Origin: Candidatus Krumholzibacteriota bacterium
GTDB taxonomy: Bacteria > Krumholzibacteriota > Krumholzibacteriia > JAJRXK01
Assembly (NCBI GenBank): GCA_963727455.1
Contig: CAVSGG010000001.1
Location: 1 to 64,000, forward strand
DNA: 64,000 nucleotides
Reading direction: 5' to 3'
Part shown: positions 25,033 through 34,106 of the stretch, one piece after another
How positions within the stretch are numbered: position 1 is the stretch's first letter
Layout: every line of letters begins with the position of its first letter
Made by a program: the position numbers and the translations under genes
Notes under the pieces: model-generated
What the model was told of the DNA's origin: nothing
What the model saw: only the letters and a program-made list of their open reading frames with translations
Databases searched by the model: none

Positions 25033-25257
25033 CTATCCGAGCTTGCCCTGAAGTACGAAGACCGAGATCAGCGCGTAGATGGTGAGCGCCTCGATGAACG
25101 CGGCACCGATGATCATTGCGGTCTGGATCTGACCGATGGCTTCCGGCTGCCTGCCCATGGCCTCCATGGCGCCACCCACGGCCTTCCCCAAACCGAGTCC
25201 GCTACCCAGAGCGGCGATTCCCAGGCCCAGAGGAATTCCAAGTCCGAGCAAGTCCAT
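25033..25257 (-). CDS. atpE: ATP synthase F0 subunit c
   Basis: GxGxGxG, RQPE loop, FIEAL; AAGGAG RBS. Confidence 0.96.
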   Translation of the reverse strand: MDLLGLGIPLGLGIAALGSGLGLGKAVGGAMEAMGRQPEAIGQIQTAMIIGAAFIEALTIYALISVFVLQGKLG

Positions 25258-25405
25258 TTTTCGTTCTCCTTGATTCATTCGTGAACGGAGCGAACCCCGC
25301 CGGAGACTCGCGTCTCCCTGCCAAGAAAGCCCTCGTGGCTTTCATCTTTCGCGGCGCATCCGCGCCGCGCCGAAAAATTCGTTTCCCCCACTCCCTGCGG
25401 TGGGT

Positions 25406-26446
25406 TCACGCGTGCTCCTCATGGGGAAGCATGAGCGCGATGTACACCGTGGACAAAAGCGAGAACACCAGGGCCTGAATGAGCCCGAGCAACATCGCCA
25501 AGAAGTAGAAGGGAACGTGCAAAGGTAATCCGACTGGCGAGTGAAACGCGGACAGCGCCACCACGCCCAAGAGCGCGAAGACAGCGAGCAACATATCCTC
25601 GCCGAAGATGTTACCGAAGAGACGCAAGCTCAGGCTCACCGGCTTGACAAACTCTCCAAAGAACTCCATGGCAAACAACAGAGGGGAGAGACACCACCCC
25701 ACCGCATCTTTCGGGGAACCCGCCAGATGGTGCAGATATCCCCCGATGCCCTGCCGTTTGATACCCGTGTATTGCACGTACAAGAACACCACCAGCGCGA
25801 TGCTGATGTTGTTGAGGAAAGTGGAGGTCGGCGACTTACCCAGAGGAATGAGCACGAAGTAGTTCATCGCCGCAATGTAGACGAATATGGTGGCGATGAA
25901 GGGTGTGAAGTGCCGCCCGTACTTGGGTCCCATCATGGTACAGGCCAAACCTTCCAGCCATTCCACGATCATTTCGGCGAATACCTGCAGGCGCCCGGGC
26001 ATGATCGAGCGATTCTTGTAGATCTTGAGCGCGACCAAGCAGAGGAAGAGCCCAGCCACAAGCGCGAAGAATGCGTTCTCGAAGATCTCGGAGTAGTGGT
26101 AGGCGGCGGAACCCGGCGTGAATACGAAAGCCCTCAGCATCATCGTGAGGTTCGGAAGCTCGAGGGGCTCGTTCTCGTGTTCTTCTCCGCCGTGCTCCTC
26201 TTCGTGCTCGAAAGCCCCGGGCTCGAGCGGGTTTGCCTCGGTGGAGGCTGGATCGTGAGTCCTGGCTGGCTCGTGGGTGTCGGATTGGACTTCGGGCGTC
26301 GTCTCGTTTTGGGCGATTTCCGTTCTTGGGGTGGATTGCTCCTCGTTCGCCACGACCCGCGTCGGGGACATGGCAAGCAACGCGAGCGCCAAGAGAAGGC
26401 TTAGGACCGCGTACGGGCTCAGCTGAAGGGGCATTCTGCGAGTCAC
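25406..26446 (-). CDS. atpB: ATP synthase F0 subunit a with long N-terminal extension
   Basis: KPVSLSLRLFGNI and IQALVFSLLSTVYI; signal-like, acidic and His-rich N-terminus. Confidence 0.95.
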   Translation of the reverse strand: MTRRMPLQLSPYAVLSLLLALALLAMSPTRVVANEEQSTPRTEIAQNETTPEVQSDTHEPARTHDPASTEANPLEPGAFEHEEEHGGEEHENEPLELPNLTMMLRAFVFTPGSAAYHYSEIFENAFFALVAGLFLCLVALKIYKNRSIMPGRLQVFAEMIVEWLEGLACTMMGPKYGRHFTPFIATIFVYIAAMNYFVLIPLGKSPTSTFLNNISIALVVFLYVQYTGIKRQGIGGYLHHLAGSPKDAVGWCLSPLLFAMEFFGEFVKPVSLSLRLFGNIFGEDMLLAVFALLGVVALSAFHSPVGLPLHVPFYFLAMLLGLIQALVFSLLSTVYIALMLPHEEHA

Positions 26447-26913
26447 TGCGTGCCATTCCGGCCGCCGAAGCGGCCTTCTTCGTTTTCGCTTGGAGCGGGC
26501 GTTTCATCGTCTGCGTGGCGCAAAGCCACGCGCGGAGCGAGAATCCGACCACCCGCTTTGAGTACCATCACAAAGGTCGGTACCGCCAGGCCGAAAAGAA
26601 GCGAGCCGAGCGGCAACCCTCCTTTGACCACGATCAATCCGCCGATGCCGTAAAGGACCGGCAGTTTGATCAGCATCGCCCCGATGATTGGCCCGGGCCG
26701 CCGCCCCGAGGGCCGGAGCGAGAGGCCAACCAGGTGCTGAAGCGCCTTCAGGTTGAGCACGCTCCAGATACCCGCTGCCGCGAAACCGGCTCCCCAGCGC
26801 CAACCCAGTGAATAGGCCCCGAAGAGACCCCCGAGACCGACGAAAACCAGACTTGCCACCCCAACTCTATTGAGAAAGCCCTCATCCAGCGCTGGATTCG
26901 TGCTTGCCGTCAT
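26443..26913 (-). CDS. atpI: ATP synthase protein I-like membrane protein
   Basis: 4 TM segments, directly upstream of and overlapping atpB. Confidence 0.75.
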   Translation of the reverse strand: MTASTNPALDEGFLNRVGVASLVFVGLGGLFGAYSLGWRWGAGFAAAGIWSVLNLKALQHLVGLSLRPSGRRPGPIIGAMLIKLPVLYGIGGLIVVKGGLPLGSLLFGLAVPTFVMVLKAGGRILAPRVALRHADDETPAPSENEEGRFGGRNGTQ

Positions 26914-27036
26914 GGGGTCGCGCCCGCCGGGAAACCGGAGGATGTCTCAGGGCGATCTTCGCCTCGATCCTTGCTGGACAGAAAGCAAGCGGCCCAAAAG
27001 GGTCGCCTGGCCACTCCCGTCCTAGAACGGGCACCA

Positions 27037-27064
27037 AGTATAAGCTCTCAGAACGGATCGTCAA
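27037..27064 (-). promoter_or_regulatory. Sigma70-type promoter upstream of atpI
   Basis: TTGACG-N16-TATACT on the minus strand. Confidence 0.6.
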
Positions 27065-27094
27065 GGCAGGGGGCGAGGTTGCCGAAAAGTGCGG

Positions 27095-27352
27095 TCAATC
27101 CCTGTCTTCCGGCTTTTCCTCGGCCCGTTTCAGCACCAGGATCACCTGCCGGAAGGCGGCAGCCGTACCCAGAATCACCCCGCCGGTCGAGATCCAGGGC
27201 GCGTGTCCCCATTTCCCTTCCAGCCAAGAGCCAAGCAACCAGCCCAACACAGGCCCCACCACCATCATGGTGGGAATGGTGGTGTAAAGGCCCAACTTCC
27301 GCATGGAATCGGGGGATAGCTTGGCGGAGTCGATGCGACGCGGCAGCTTCAT
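27095..27352 (-). CDS. AtpZ/AtpI-family small membrane protein
   Basis: GWLLGSWLEGKWGHAPW...GVILG two-TM pattern; AAGGAG RBS; first gene of the atp cluster. Confidence 0.8.
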   Translation of the reverse strand: MKLPRRIDSAKLSPDSMRKLGLYTTIPTMMVVGPVLGWLLGSWLEGKWGHAPWISTGGVILGTAAAFRQVILVLKRAEEKPEDRD

Positions 27353-27409
27353 GGGCTCCTTCTCGCGCCCGGCAGCTCCTCCGCGCGGGCTGCGGGCGGG
27401 GGGGAGGAG

Positions 27410-27483
27410 TGGTTGCCCGGGGAGGATTCGAACCTCCGTAGCTGGATTCAAAGTCCAGAGTCCTGCCATTGGACGACCGGGCA
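27410..27483 (-). tRNA. tRNA-Gln (anticodon TTG)
   Basis: Cloverleaf: TGCCCGG/CCGGGCA acceptor stem, CTGGA-CTTTGAA-TCCAG anticodon arm, GGAGG-TTCGAAT-CCTCC T arm, encoded CCA. Confidence 0.97.
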
Positions 27484-27763
27484 ACCCAGGCTCAGTGCCA
27501 GATTCGGAAACCTATATATACCATAGCAAGGATGAGCGCGATAAGGATGGCATCGAAGATCAAGGTCGTCCACATGGCGCGGGGATTGTGTTGGCGGCGT
27601 TTTTTCTCCCATCGGCGCGCAAATCGGTAGCGATGCTCGCTTTCTTCCAATTCCTTCTTCGGCATGGCGCTTCCCGTCCCCGTAGACCAATATGGAGGCT
27701 AAGCCAGAGCACCCGGAGCTCTCAGCGGCGCTCCGACCCATTCCATCTCAGCCCGGATTCAAG

Positions 27764-28534
27764 ATGAGACACATCGACCGATTGATCCAGGAAGATCCCA
27801 CTCTCCGCCAAACCGACTATCAGCGGCTCGTGCAGAAGGCCAAGCAGGATCCGCGCGCCCACTGGGGCGAGCTGGTGAATGCCAGCGCACCCATCGTCTA
27901 TACCATGGCCGAGAGGCTCGGGGCGCGCCTTCCCGAGGGAGGATCGGTCGCGGAGGAAGTCACCCGCCAGGTATTCGAGCGCATCGCCGATGACGATTTC
28001 GCGATCGTTCGGAACTACGTAGGCTTCGGCAAGTGGACGAGCTTGTTGCTCCGTCTGACCCAAGAGTCTTCCCTCTTGGCCCAGAGACGGCGCGACCGTG
28101 AATGGCCGCCGCTCGCCGAGGAGGGCCGGGTCGAGGTAATCCTCGACGATCGGGACGGGAGCATACCCGAACTTTTGCCCAAGTTGCAGGATCTCTGCGA
28201 TCAAGAGGGCGAGCGTTTCCTTCAGGCCCTGTGGAAGGCCTTACGCACCTTTCATCGTCGAGACCGCTTGCTCTTGGGAATGCGCTATGAGCAGGGCCTC
28301 AGCTTGAAAGAGCTCGACATGATCTTCCGCTTGGGAACCCCAGAGCGGATTGCCTCATTGCTTGCGCGTTTGCGCAGCTCACTCCAGCCCTTCACCGCAG
28401 TCCGCGATGCCTGGAAGATCCCGGCCGAGCAGGAAGAGGCCCTGCTGCGCTACGCCCTGGGTCAGCTCTTCCGCGCCCGCTCGCTGGCGACTCATGAGCA
28501 GCCCTCGCAGGCACCTGCGGTGCCGGCCCACTGA
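27764..28534 (+). CDS. Divergent sigma-70/ECF-like factor
   Basis: Region-2-like AEEVTRQVFERIADDDFAIVRNYVGFGKWTSLL; region-4-like RDRLLLGMRYEQGLSLKEL; start 27692 or 27764. Confidence 0.65.
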   Translation: MRHIDRLIQEDPTLRQTDYQRLVQKAKQDPRAHWGELVNASAPIVYTMAERLGARLPEGGSVAEEVTRQVFERIADDDFAIVRNYVGFGKWTSLLLRLTQESSLLAQRRRDREWPPLAEEGRVEVILDDRDGSIPELLPKLQDLCDQEGERFLQALWKALRTFHRRDRLLLGMRYEQGLSLKELDMIFRLGTPERIASLLARLRSSLQPFTAVRDAWKIPAEQEEALLRYALGQLFRARSLATHEQPSQAPAVPAH

Positions 28535-28548
28535 GGAGGAAGCACACG

Positions 28549-28977
28549 ATGGCAGCGCCGAAACAATGGGGCTTCACCCGCGGCAAGCAGATTCCCAGCG
28601 AGATTTTGGTGAGTTGGGCGGACGGCGATCTCACGGCCCAAGTGGCCAAGGAAGTGGACGAGACCCTGCTCATGGATCGCAAACAGCGACGCATGGTCGC
28701 CGCCTTCGCAAGGGCCGGCGCTGACAGTGTGGGAGAGGAAATCACCGCCTGGCACGGCAAGCGGCCAGGAAAGCGTGCATTGCACCTCTCGCGCCCCCGT
28801 CCGGGACTCGTGGAAACCATCATCGACGAGTTCGGCCATCATCCCGGAGACTGGGAGAGTGGGCGACTCAACCCCCCGAATGCGAATTCACCCTTCTCCG
28901 CCAGAGCCATCGCCGCCACCATTTCTGTGATGGCGCTGGCCGCCCTGGTGATCCTCTGGATGATCCGCAACCTCTGA
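28549..28977 (+). CDS. Putative anti-sigma-like membrane protein lacking zinc ligands
   Basis: EILVSWADGDLTAQVAKEVDETL resembles the anti-sigma N-terminus without HxxxCxxC; C-terminal TM; GAGGAGG RBS. Confidence 0.55.
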   Translation: MAAPKQWGFTRGKQIPSEILVSWADGDLTAQVAKEVDETLLMDRKQRRMVAAFARAGADSVGEEITAWHGKRPGKRALHLSRPRPGLVETIIDEFGHHPGDWESGRLNPPNANSPFSARAIAATISVMALAALVILWMIRNL

Positions 28978-28994
28978 GGCCCCGGCGGAGCCTC

Positions 28995-29024
28995 TTGACA
29001 TTCCGCGATCTGCGGGCGTAAGCT
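28995..29024 (+). promoter_or_regulatory. Sigma70-type promoter for the cohesin cluster
   Basis: TTGACA-N18-TAAGCT. Confidence 0.55.
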
Positions 29025-29183
29025 CCATTTCCGTCAACTCGCAGATCTCCACGCCTGAGCGGACGCTCCCGCAGAGACCATCGAGGATGGCGGACTGGCT
29101 CCCGAAAGTTCTCTCCAGGTGCCCAGTACGAGAACTTCCAGACACAGCTGGGCCAAACATCCAAGAGCGCGGGCCGCGCGAAT

Positions 29184-30050
29184 GTGCCCGACGCTCTGCA
29201 GGCTGGGAGTCGCATCTTGCCCCCAAGGTGTCGTGTTCGCCGTTTCGGCGTACAGTTCATTTTTTGTGCCTTCGTGTTGCTGGCAAGCACCGGCGTTCAT
29301 GCCGCCGGAGTCGCGCTTTCCCTGCTCCCGGCCGAATCCACCGTCGAGCCGGGGGACAGCTTCTGGGTCGAACTCACAATTGTGGCAGCCGCCGATTCCT
29401 TCAACGGCTACGACGCGATCATCGGCTACGACCCCGCGGCGCTGAGCTTCCTCGAGCAGAGCAATCTCACCCTGCAGGAGGGGCAACTCATGGTGGATGC
29501 CTGTCCCTCCCTACGCTTCCACCGCTTTTCCATCGCCGCCGACTCCACCTCCGTCAGCATCTCTCACGTCCTCCTCTGCGCCGGAGTAAAGGTCGCCGGC
29601 CCGGGCGTCATTTACCGTCTGCAGTTCGCAGCCAAGTATGCGCTCACCACAACTTGGGTTCGTGTACTGGACGGCACGCATTTCTACAACGGCGGCGTCT
29701 ATGTGGCGCCGCTGCTCTCACATGACGCGCAGATCCACATAGGGAGTGGCACGGATTCACCGCCCGCACTCCGCTCCGAGCTGCGCCTCCAAGCCGCGCC
29801 CAACCCCTTCAATCCTCGCACCAGGCTTTCCTTCACTCTTCCGAATTCCGGCTTTGCAAGCCTCAAAATCTACGGAAAGAACGGCCGACTCCTGCGCAAT
29901 CTCGCTCAGGGATACTGGCCGAAGGGGAATCGGAGTGTCGAGTGGGATGGCAAGGACGACCACGGGAGGGCCGTGGCTTCGGGCGCTTATACCGCTCTCT
30001 TGACCCATGCGGCGGGATCGGTCACCGCCGGTCTCGTACTGCTGAAGTAA
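29184..30050 (+). CDS. Secreted cohesin-like domain protein with FlgD-Ig/T9SS-like CTD
   Basis: Signal peptide; V.PGDSFWVEL...GYDAIIGYDPAALSF...GPGVIYRLQF; CTD PNPFNP...WDGKD..G..VASGAY...LLK. Confidence 0.8.
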   Translation: MPDALQAGSRILPPRCRVRRFGVQFIFCAFVLLASTGVHAAGVALSLLPAESTVEPGDSFWVELTIVAAADSFNGYDAIIGYDPAALSFLEQSNLTLQEGQLMVDACPSLRFHRFSIAADSTSVSISHVLLCAGVKVAGPGVIYRLQFAAKYALTTTWVRVLDGTHFYNGGVYVAPLLSHDAQIHIGSGTDSPPALRSELRLQAAPNPFNPRTRLSFTLPNSGFASLKIYGKNGRLLRNLAQGYWPKGNRSVEWDGKDDHGRAVASGAYTALLTHAAGSVTAGLVLLK

Positions 30051-30145
30051 CGAAAGGAGGCTATCACCACAACTCTCGAATCCATCCGGCTCCCACCCTT
30101 GTCACGTCCCCCTCGTAGCGGGGAATTTCCGGAAGGAAGAACGAG

Positions 30146-33100
30146 ATGAACAGATTGCAATGCTCAATTGCTGCGCTCGCGTTGGTGCTGCTCGCCTTCG
30201 CACCGACCGCGCAGGCAGCGACCCACCCCCTGGTCTTCGGTGCGGGATACGCCTCAGGATCCAACGCCACCAGCACAACCGCACAAGCCTTCACTGGAAC
30301 GGGATCTTTCTTCAAGGACGTTCCCGTATTACCCGTAGTGGAAATGTACATCGACCCCCTCACCCAACTCGGCGGCACTTTCAATGTCAGCGACATCGCC
30401 GCCATTCGCTATCACACCCTCAATGACGGAACGAACCCCAGCGGGGTCGACTTCTTCTTGAAGATCTACACGCAGCCCTACAGCGGGGGGGACGCAGTCT
30501 GGTACGGTAACCGTCTCAACGCCGAGCCGCTGTACTCGAACAACCACGCTACGGTCGCGAATTCTTGGGCGGAGTGGACGACCGATGCCGGAACGAACCA
30601 ACTTACCTTCTTCGATGCCAATCACGGCCCCCTGGGCTTCTATAACGCCCCGACCCTCGCCGATCTCAAAGCGGGGCCGATCACCTGGCAGGATTGGGAT
30701 TCTTCCGGAGACACCACTCCCATCGACTACGCGAACCAGCCGGTGCTCTATCTCGTATTCGGCACCGGGAGTGGCTGGTCCTCCTTCACCGGCTATCTCG
30801 ATGCCATCGAGATCGAGCTCACTTCGGGAGAGATCTATCAGATCGATCTCGAGGATGCGGTGGATGAAGTGTGGGTGGACGATGACTACGCAGGTGCGGG
30901 CGTAGGTACGGAAGTCGCGCCCGGCCTCTTCATGGGCCACAACGCCTTCGACACGGTCCAAGATGGTGTCAACTGGGTGAGCGGCAGCACGGTACACGTA
31001 GCCGCCGGCACCTACGTGGAGCAGGTGGAGATCGACAAGGATCTGAATCTGCTCGGCGACGGCATGGGATCGACCATCATCCAATCACCCACCTCTCTAC
31101 CCCTCTACTTCACCACCTCCGCCGACAACCACCCCATCATCTACGTCCACGACGCCGACACCGTGGCGATTCACGATTTGACGGTGGATGGTCAAGGGAA
31201 CGGCAACGCCAACGCCCGCTTCATCGGCGTGGGATATCGTCAGGCCGGCGGCGGCGTCTACGATTGCGAAATCAAGGACGTGCGCAACGATCCGCTGGAT
31301 GGCGGTCAGCACGGCAATGCCTTCTACCTGTACAACAATGACACGGTGGCGCGCAGCATCGACGTCCAGGGATGTCAGGTCATTGGCTTCCAGAAGAATG
31401 GGATCACCGTGAACGCGACGGACGGGACGGCCATCACGGTGGATGTTTCAGGCAACACAGTGACTGGGGCCACCGCCTTGACCTATGACAACGGCGACCC
31501 GGCCCAGAACGGGATCCAAATCTATGGAGACCTCCTCACCGGCGCTGTGAACAACAATACCATCCATTCGATCGCCTATGACAACACAAACAACCCGACC
31601 AAGTACGTCGCCTCCTCGATCCTCGCCTACTATACGCAGGCCGACGTGACGAACAACGTGATCGACGGAACCCATGTCGGTCTATACAATTACGATGGTC
31701 AAGGTACGATCAGTGGCAACGACATGACGATCGAGAAGATCGGCGTATCGGCTGACGGGATCATCGTCGTCGATCCTCCCAATGCGGTTCCGAGTCCCTT
31801 CGACCTTCCCGGTAGCGTTTCAGCAAAGAGTGCGCGTTCACTCAAGATGGCCACCCTGGGGGTTGTCATCGATGGCAACACGATCGCGTTCTCCGGGATG
31901 GACAACACCGCGACCTATGGCGTTGAGGCGGATGCCGGTTTCGTTGGCACCGATAACATCGACCTTGTCGTCACGAACAACACGATCACCGGCTTCGAGG
32001 CCGGAGTCTCCGTGTACCAATGTGAGAGCGGTTGTACCTCAAGCACCTTCACCAGTGTTGCGATCAACGACAACAGCTTCTCGGGAAATACAGACGGAGT
32101 TTGGAGCAACCTCGACTATCTCACGGTCGACGCCACTTGCAACTGGTGGGGTGACGTGAGCGGTCCGGCCGCCACCACTCCTCTGAACGCGGGAACCGGC
32201 GACGCGGTCGAAGGGGACGTCACCTACTGGCCGTGGCTGGACGGCGACATCACGGGTACGCCCAGCTGCAGCGTCTTTCCCAACACTTTCGCGGTCGAGC
32301 CGCCCAGTGGTGTGGAGATCACGCCGTGTGCTCCCTGTCTCACCGTGCCGGTGGTCCTCCACCGTAGCGACAGCACCCCCATCCGCGGCTTCAGCATCAC
32401 CTTCGAGCTCAGCTCGGAGTTGCAGCTGTGCGGTAGCGGAATCGTTCCCAGCTATGGTACCGATAGCTGGGTCAATGGCTTCAGCAGCGGCGACGTTCAG
32501 GACTTCGTTCTGGACCACGGAGACGGCACCTACACCGTCGATCGTTCCATTTTGGGAAGCGCCTGCGGCTCGGACCAGGAAGGAGATGCGTTTACCGTCG
32601 ACGTGGCTTCCACCCTCGGAAGTGCCAGCGGGACGGGGACCATCACCATCCTCAGCGTAATCGTGCGTGACTGTGACAACGGCCCCTTGCCGGGCGGTTC
32701 TGCCGGTGCGGCGACGATCGACATCGATGCCACCGCCCCCGATGCGGTCACCAGCCTGAGTGCTTCGCAGGTGAAGACCGGTAACGGCACGAACGGCACC
32801 ACGAAGATCCATCTCGCCTGGACTGGTCCTACCGATCCGGATGCAACCACCATCACTCTGTACCGTAAGGGCTTCGGCCACTATCCCGAATATGACGATG
32901 ACGGTGGCGCGGTGCCGAGCACTCCGGCCGACCCGTCGGCAGCCGCTGGCGACGGTTGGGGCATTGCGGCGACCCTGCCCGCCTCGGCCACCAGCTACGA
33001 CGACGAGCCCACGAACCGTGACTTCTGGTACTACGTGGCCTTCGTCGACGACGGCTGTAACCTCAGCCCGGTCTCCAACCAGACCGGCGGAACTCTCAAC

Positions 33101-34051
33101 TATCACCTCGGTGACGTTGCAGACGGAAGCCCTACTCCGGGCGCTGGAGACAACTCGGTCGCTACGATCGACATCTCCGCCCTGGGCGGCGGTTACGGCA
33201 CGAGCGAAGGAAATACCTACTACTCGAACTACCTCGATGTGGGACCGACCACCGACTACAGCGTCGATGCGCTGCCCACCACAGACAACGAGATCCAGTT
33301 CGAAGACCTGATGATGTTCGCCATCAACTACGGACAGGTGAGCAAGGGAACTCCTGCGCTTGCGGCCGCGGCCTTCAACGAAATCACGCTGAAGACCGTG
33401 CCCTTCGGAGATGATGGTCTCTCGGTGGAGATCCACATGGCCGGCGACGGGACCCTGCAGGGCGTACACGTACCGCTGCAGTGGAATGCGAACGCGCTGC
33501 GGCCGGTCGCGATGCGCGAAGGTTCCTTGATGGCCAAACAGGGCCGCACCGCCATGGTGCTTTCCGCCAAGCCGGGAGAGGTCGACGCGGCCGTCTTCGG
33601 GAAGGGCGCGGGCATTTCGGGTGAGGCGCTCCTGGCGGTCATCGACTTCCGTCGCATCGGGGATGGGGATCCCGGGATCACTCCCGGTGAGATCGTCGCC
33701 CGCGACGAACTCAACCACGAGCAGCCCATCAACGGTACTCTCGTCAGTGGCAGTGCGAATACGGCTCTTCCCAGCCGTACCGTGCTCAACGCGAACTACC
33801 CGAATCCCTTCAATCCCAAGACCACGCTGAGCTTCACCCTGGCCAAGGCCGGCCACGTGAGCTTGCGGATCTACTCGATTGGCGGGCGCAGTGTGGCCAC
33901 GCTCGCGAGCGGGGAGATGAGCGCCGGCCCGCACGAGATTCAGTGGACGGGGATGGACGACCACGGCAAGTCCGTGAGCTCGGGAACCTATCTCGTACGA
34001 TTGGTCGCCCCGGACGTCTCGACCAGTCAACGAATCACACTCTTGAAGTAA
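30146..34051 (+). CDS. Large secreted protein: beta-helix (pectin-lyase-like fold), cohesin-like, FN3-like, dockerin-like, cohesin-like, FlgD-Ig CTD
   Basis: Signal peptide; TVQDGV...VHVAAGTYVEQV beta-helix cap and DATCNWWG end; paired EF-hand-like repeats at ~33101-33334; NYPNPFNP...SSGTYL...LLK. Confidence 0.82.
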   Translation: MNRLQCSIAALALVLLAFAPTAQAATHPLVFGAGYASGSNATSTTAQAFTGTGSFFKDVPVLPVVEMYIDPLTQLGGTFNVSDIAAIRYHTLNDGTNPSGVDFFLKIYTQPYSGGDAVWYGNRLNAEPLYSNNHATVANSWAEWTTDAGTNQLTFFDANHGPLGFYNAPTLADLKAGPITWQDWDSSGDTTPIDYANQPVLYLVFGTGSGWSSFTGYLDAIEIELTSGEIYQIDLEDAVDEVWVDDDYAGAGVGTEVAPGLFMGHNAFDTVQDGVNWVSGSTVHVAAGTYVEQVEIDKDLNLLGDGMGSTIIQSPTSLPLYFTTSADNHPIIYVHDADTVAIHDLTVDGQGNGNANARFIGVGYRQAGGGVYDCEIKDVRNDPLDGGQHGNAFYLYNNDTVARSIDVQGCQVIGFQKNGITVNATDGTAITVDVSGNTVTGATALTYDNGDPAQNGIQIYGDLLTGAVNNNTIHSIAYDNTNNPTKYVASSILAYYTQADVTNNVIDGTHVGLYNYDGQGTISGNDMTIEKIGVSADGIIVVDPPNAVPSPFDLPGSVSAKSARSLKMATLGVVIDGNTIAFSGMDNTATYGVEADAGFVGTDNIDLVVTNNTITGFEAGVSVYQCESGCTSSTFTSVAINDNSFSGNTDGVWSNLDYLTVDATCNWWGDVSGPAATTPLNAGTGDAVEGDVTYWPWLDGDITGTPSCSVFPNTFAVEPPSGVEITPCAPCLTVPVVLHRSDSTPIRGFSITFELSSELQLCGSGIVPSYGTDSWVNGFSSGDVQDFVLDHGDGTYTVDRSILGSACGSDQEGDAFTVDVASTLGSASGTGTITILSVIVRDCDNGPLPGGSAGAATIDIDATAPDAVTSLSASQVKTGNGTNGTTKIHLAWTGPTDPDATTITLYRKGFGHYPEYDDDGGAVPSTPADPSAAAGDGWGIAATLPASATSYDDEPTNRDFWYYVAFVDDGCNLSPVSNQTGGTLNYHLGDVADGSPTPGAGDNSVATIDISALGGGYGTSEGNTYYSNYLDVGPTTDYSVDALPTTDNEIQFEDLMMFAINYGQVSKGTPALAAAAFNEITLKTVPFGDDGLSVEIHMAGDGTLQGVHVPLQWNANALRPVAMREGSLMAKQGRTAMVLSAKPGEVDAAVFGKGAGISGEALLAVIDFRRIGDGDPGITPGEIVARDELNHEQPINGTLVSGSANTALPSRTVLNANYPNPFNPKTTLSFTLAKAGHVSLRIYSIGGRSVATLASGEMSAGPHEIQWTGMDDHGKSVSSGTYLVRLVAPDVSTSQRITLLK

Positions 34052-34062
34052 GTCTGCTCACA

Positions 34063-34091
34063 GGGGGAATCCGCCACGCGCGGATTCCCCC
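34063..34091 (+). promoter_or_regulatory. Intergenic 12-bp stem-loop without U tract
   Basis: GGGGGAATCCGC-CACGC-GCGGATTCCCCC directly before the GAGGAG RBS of the next gene. Confidence 0.6.
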
Positions 34092-34106
34092 CCGAGGAGT
34101 TTCGGT

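Noticed and set aside
25033-25257. Na+-coupled or N-type ATPase
   Set aside because: Subunit c has FIEALTIY without the Gln and Glu-Ser/Thr sodium ligands, and the gene order is the canonical F-type IBEFHAGDC.
27410-27483. tRNA as integration site of a genomic island
   Set aside because: No integrase gene and no duplicated tRNA 3' end noticed in the window; the 3' flank is the atp operon.
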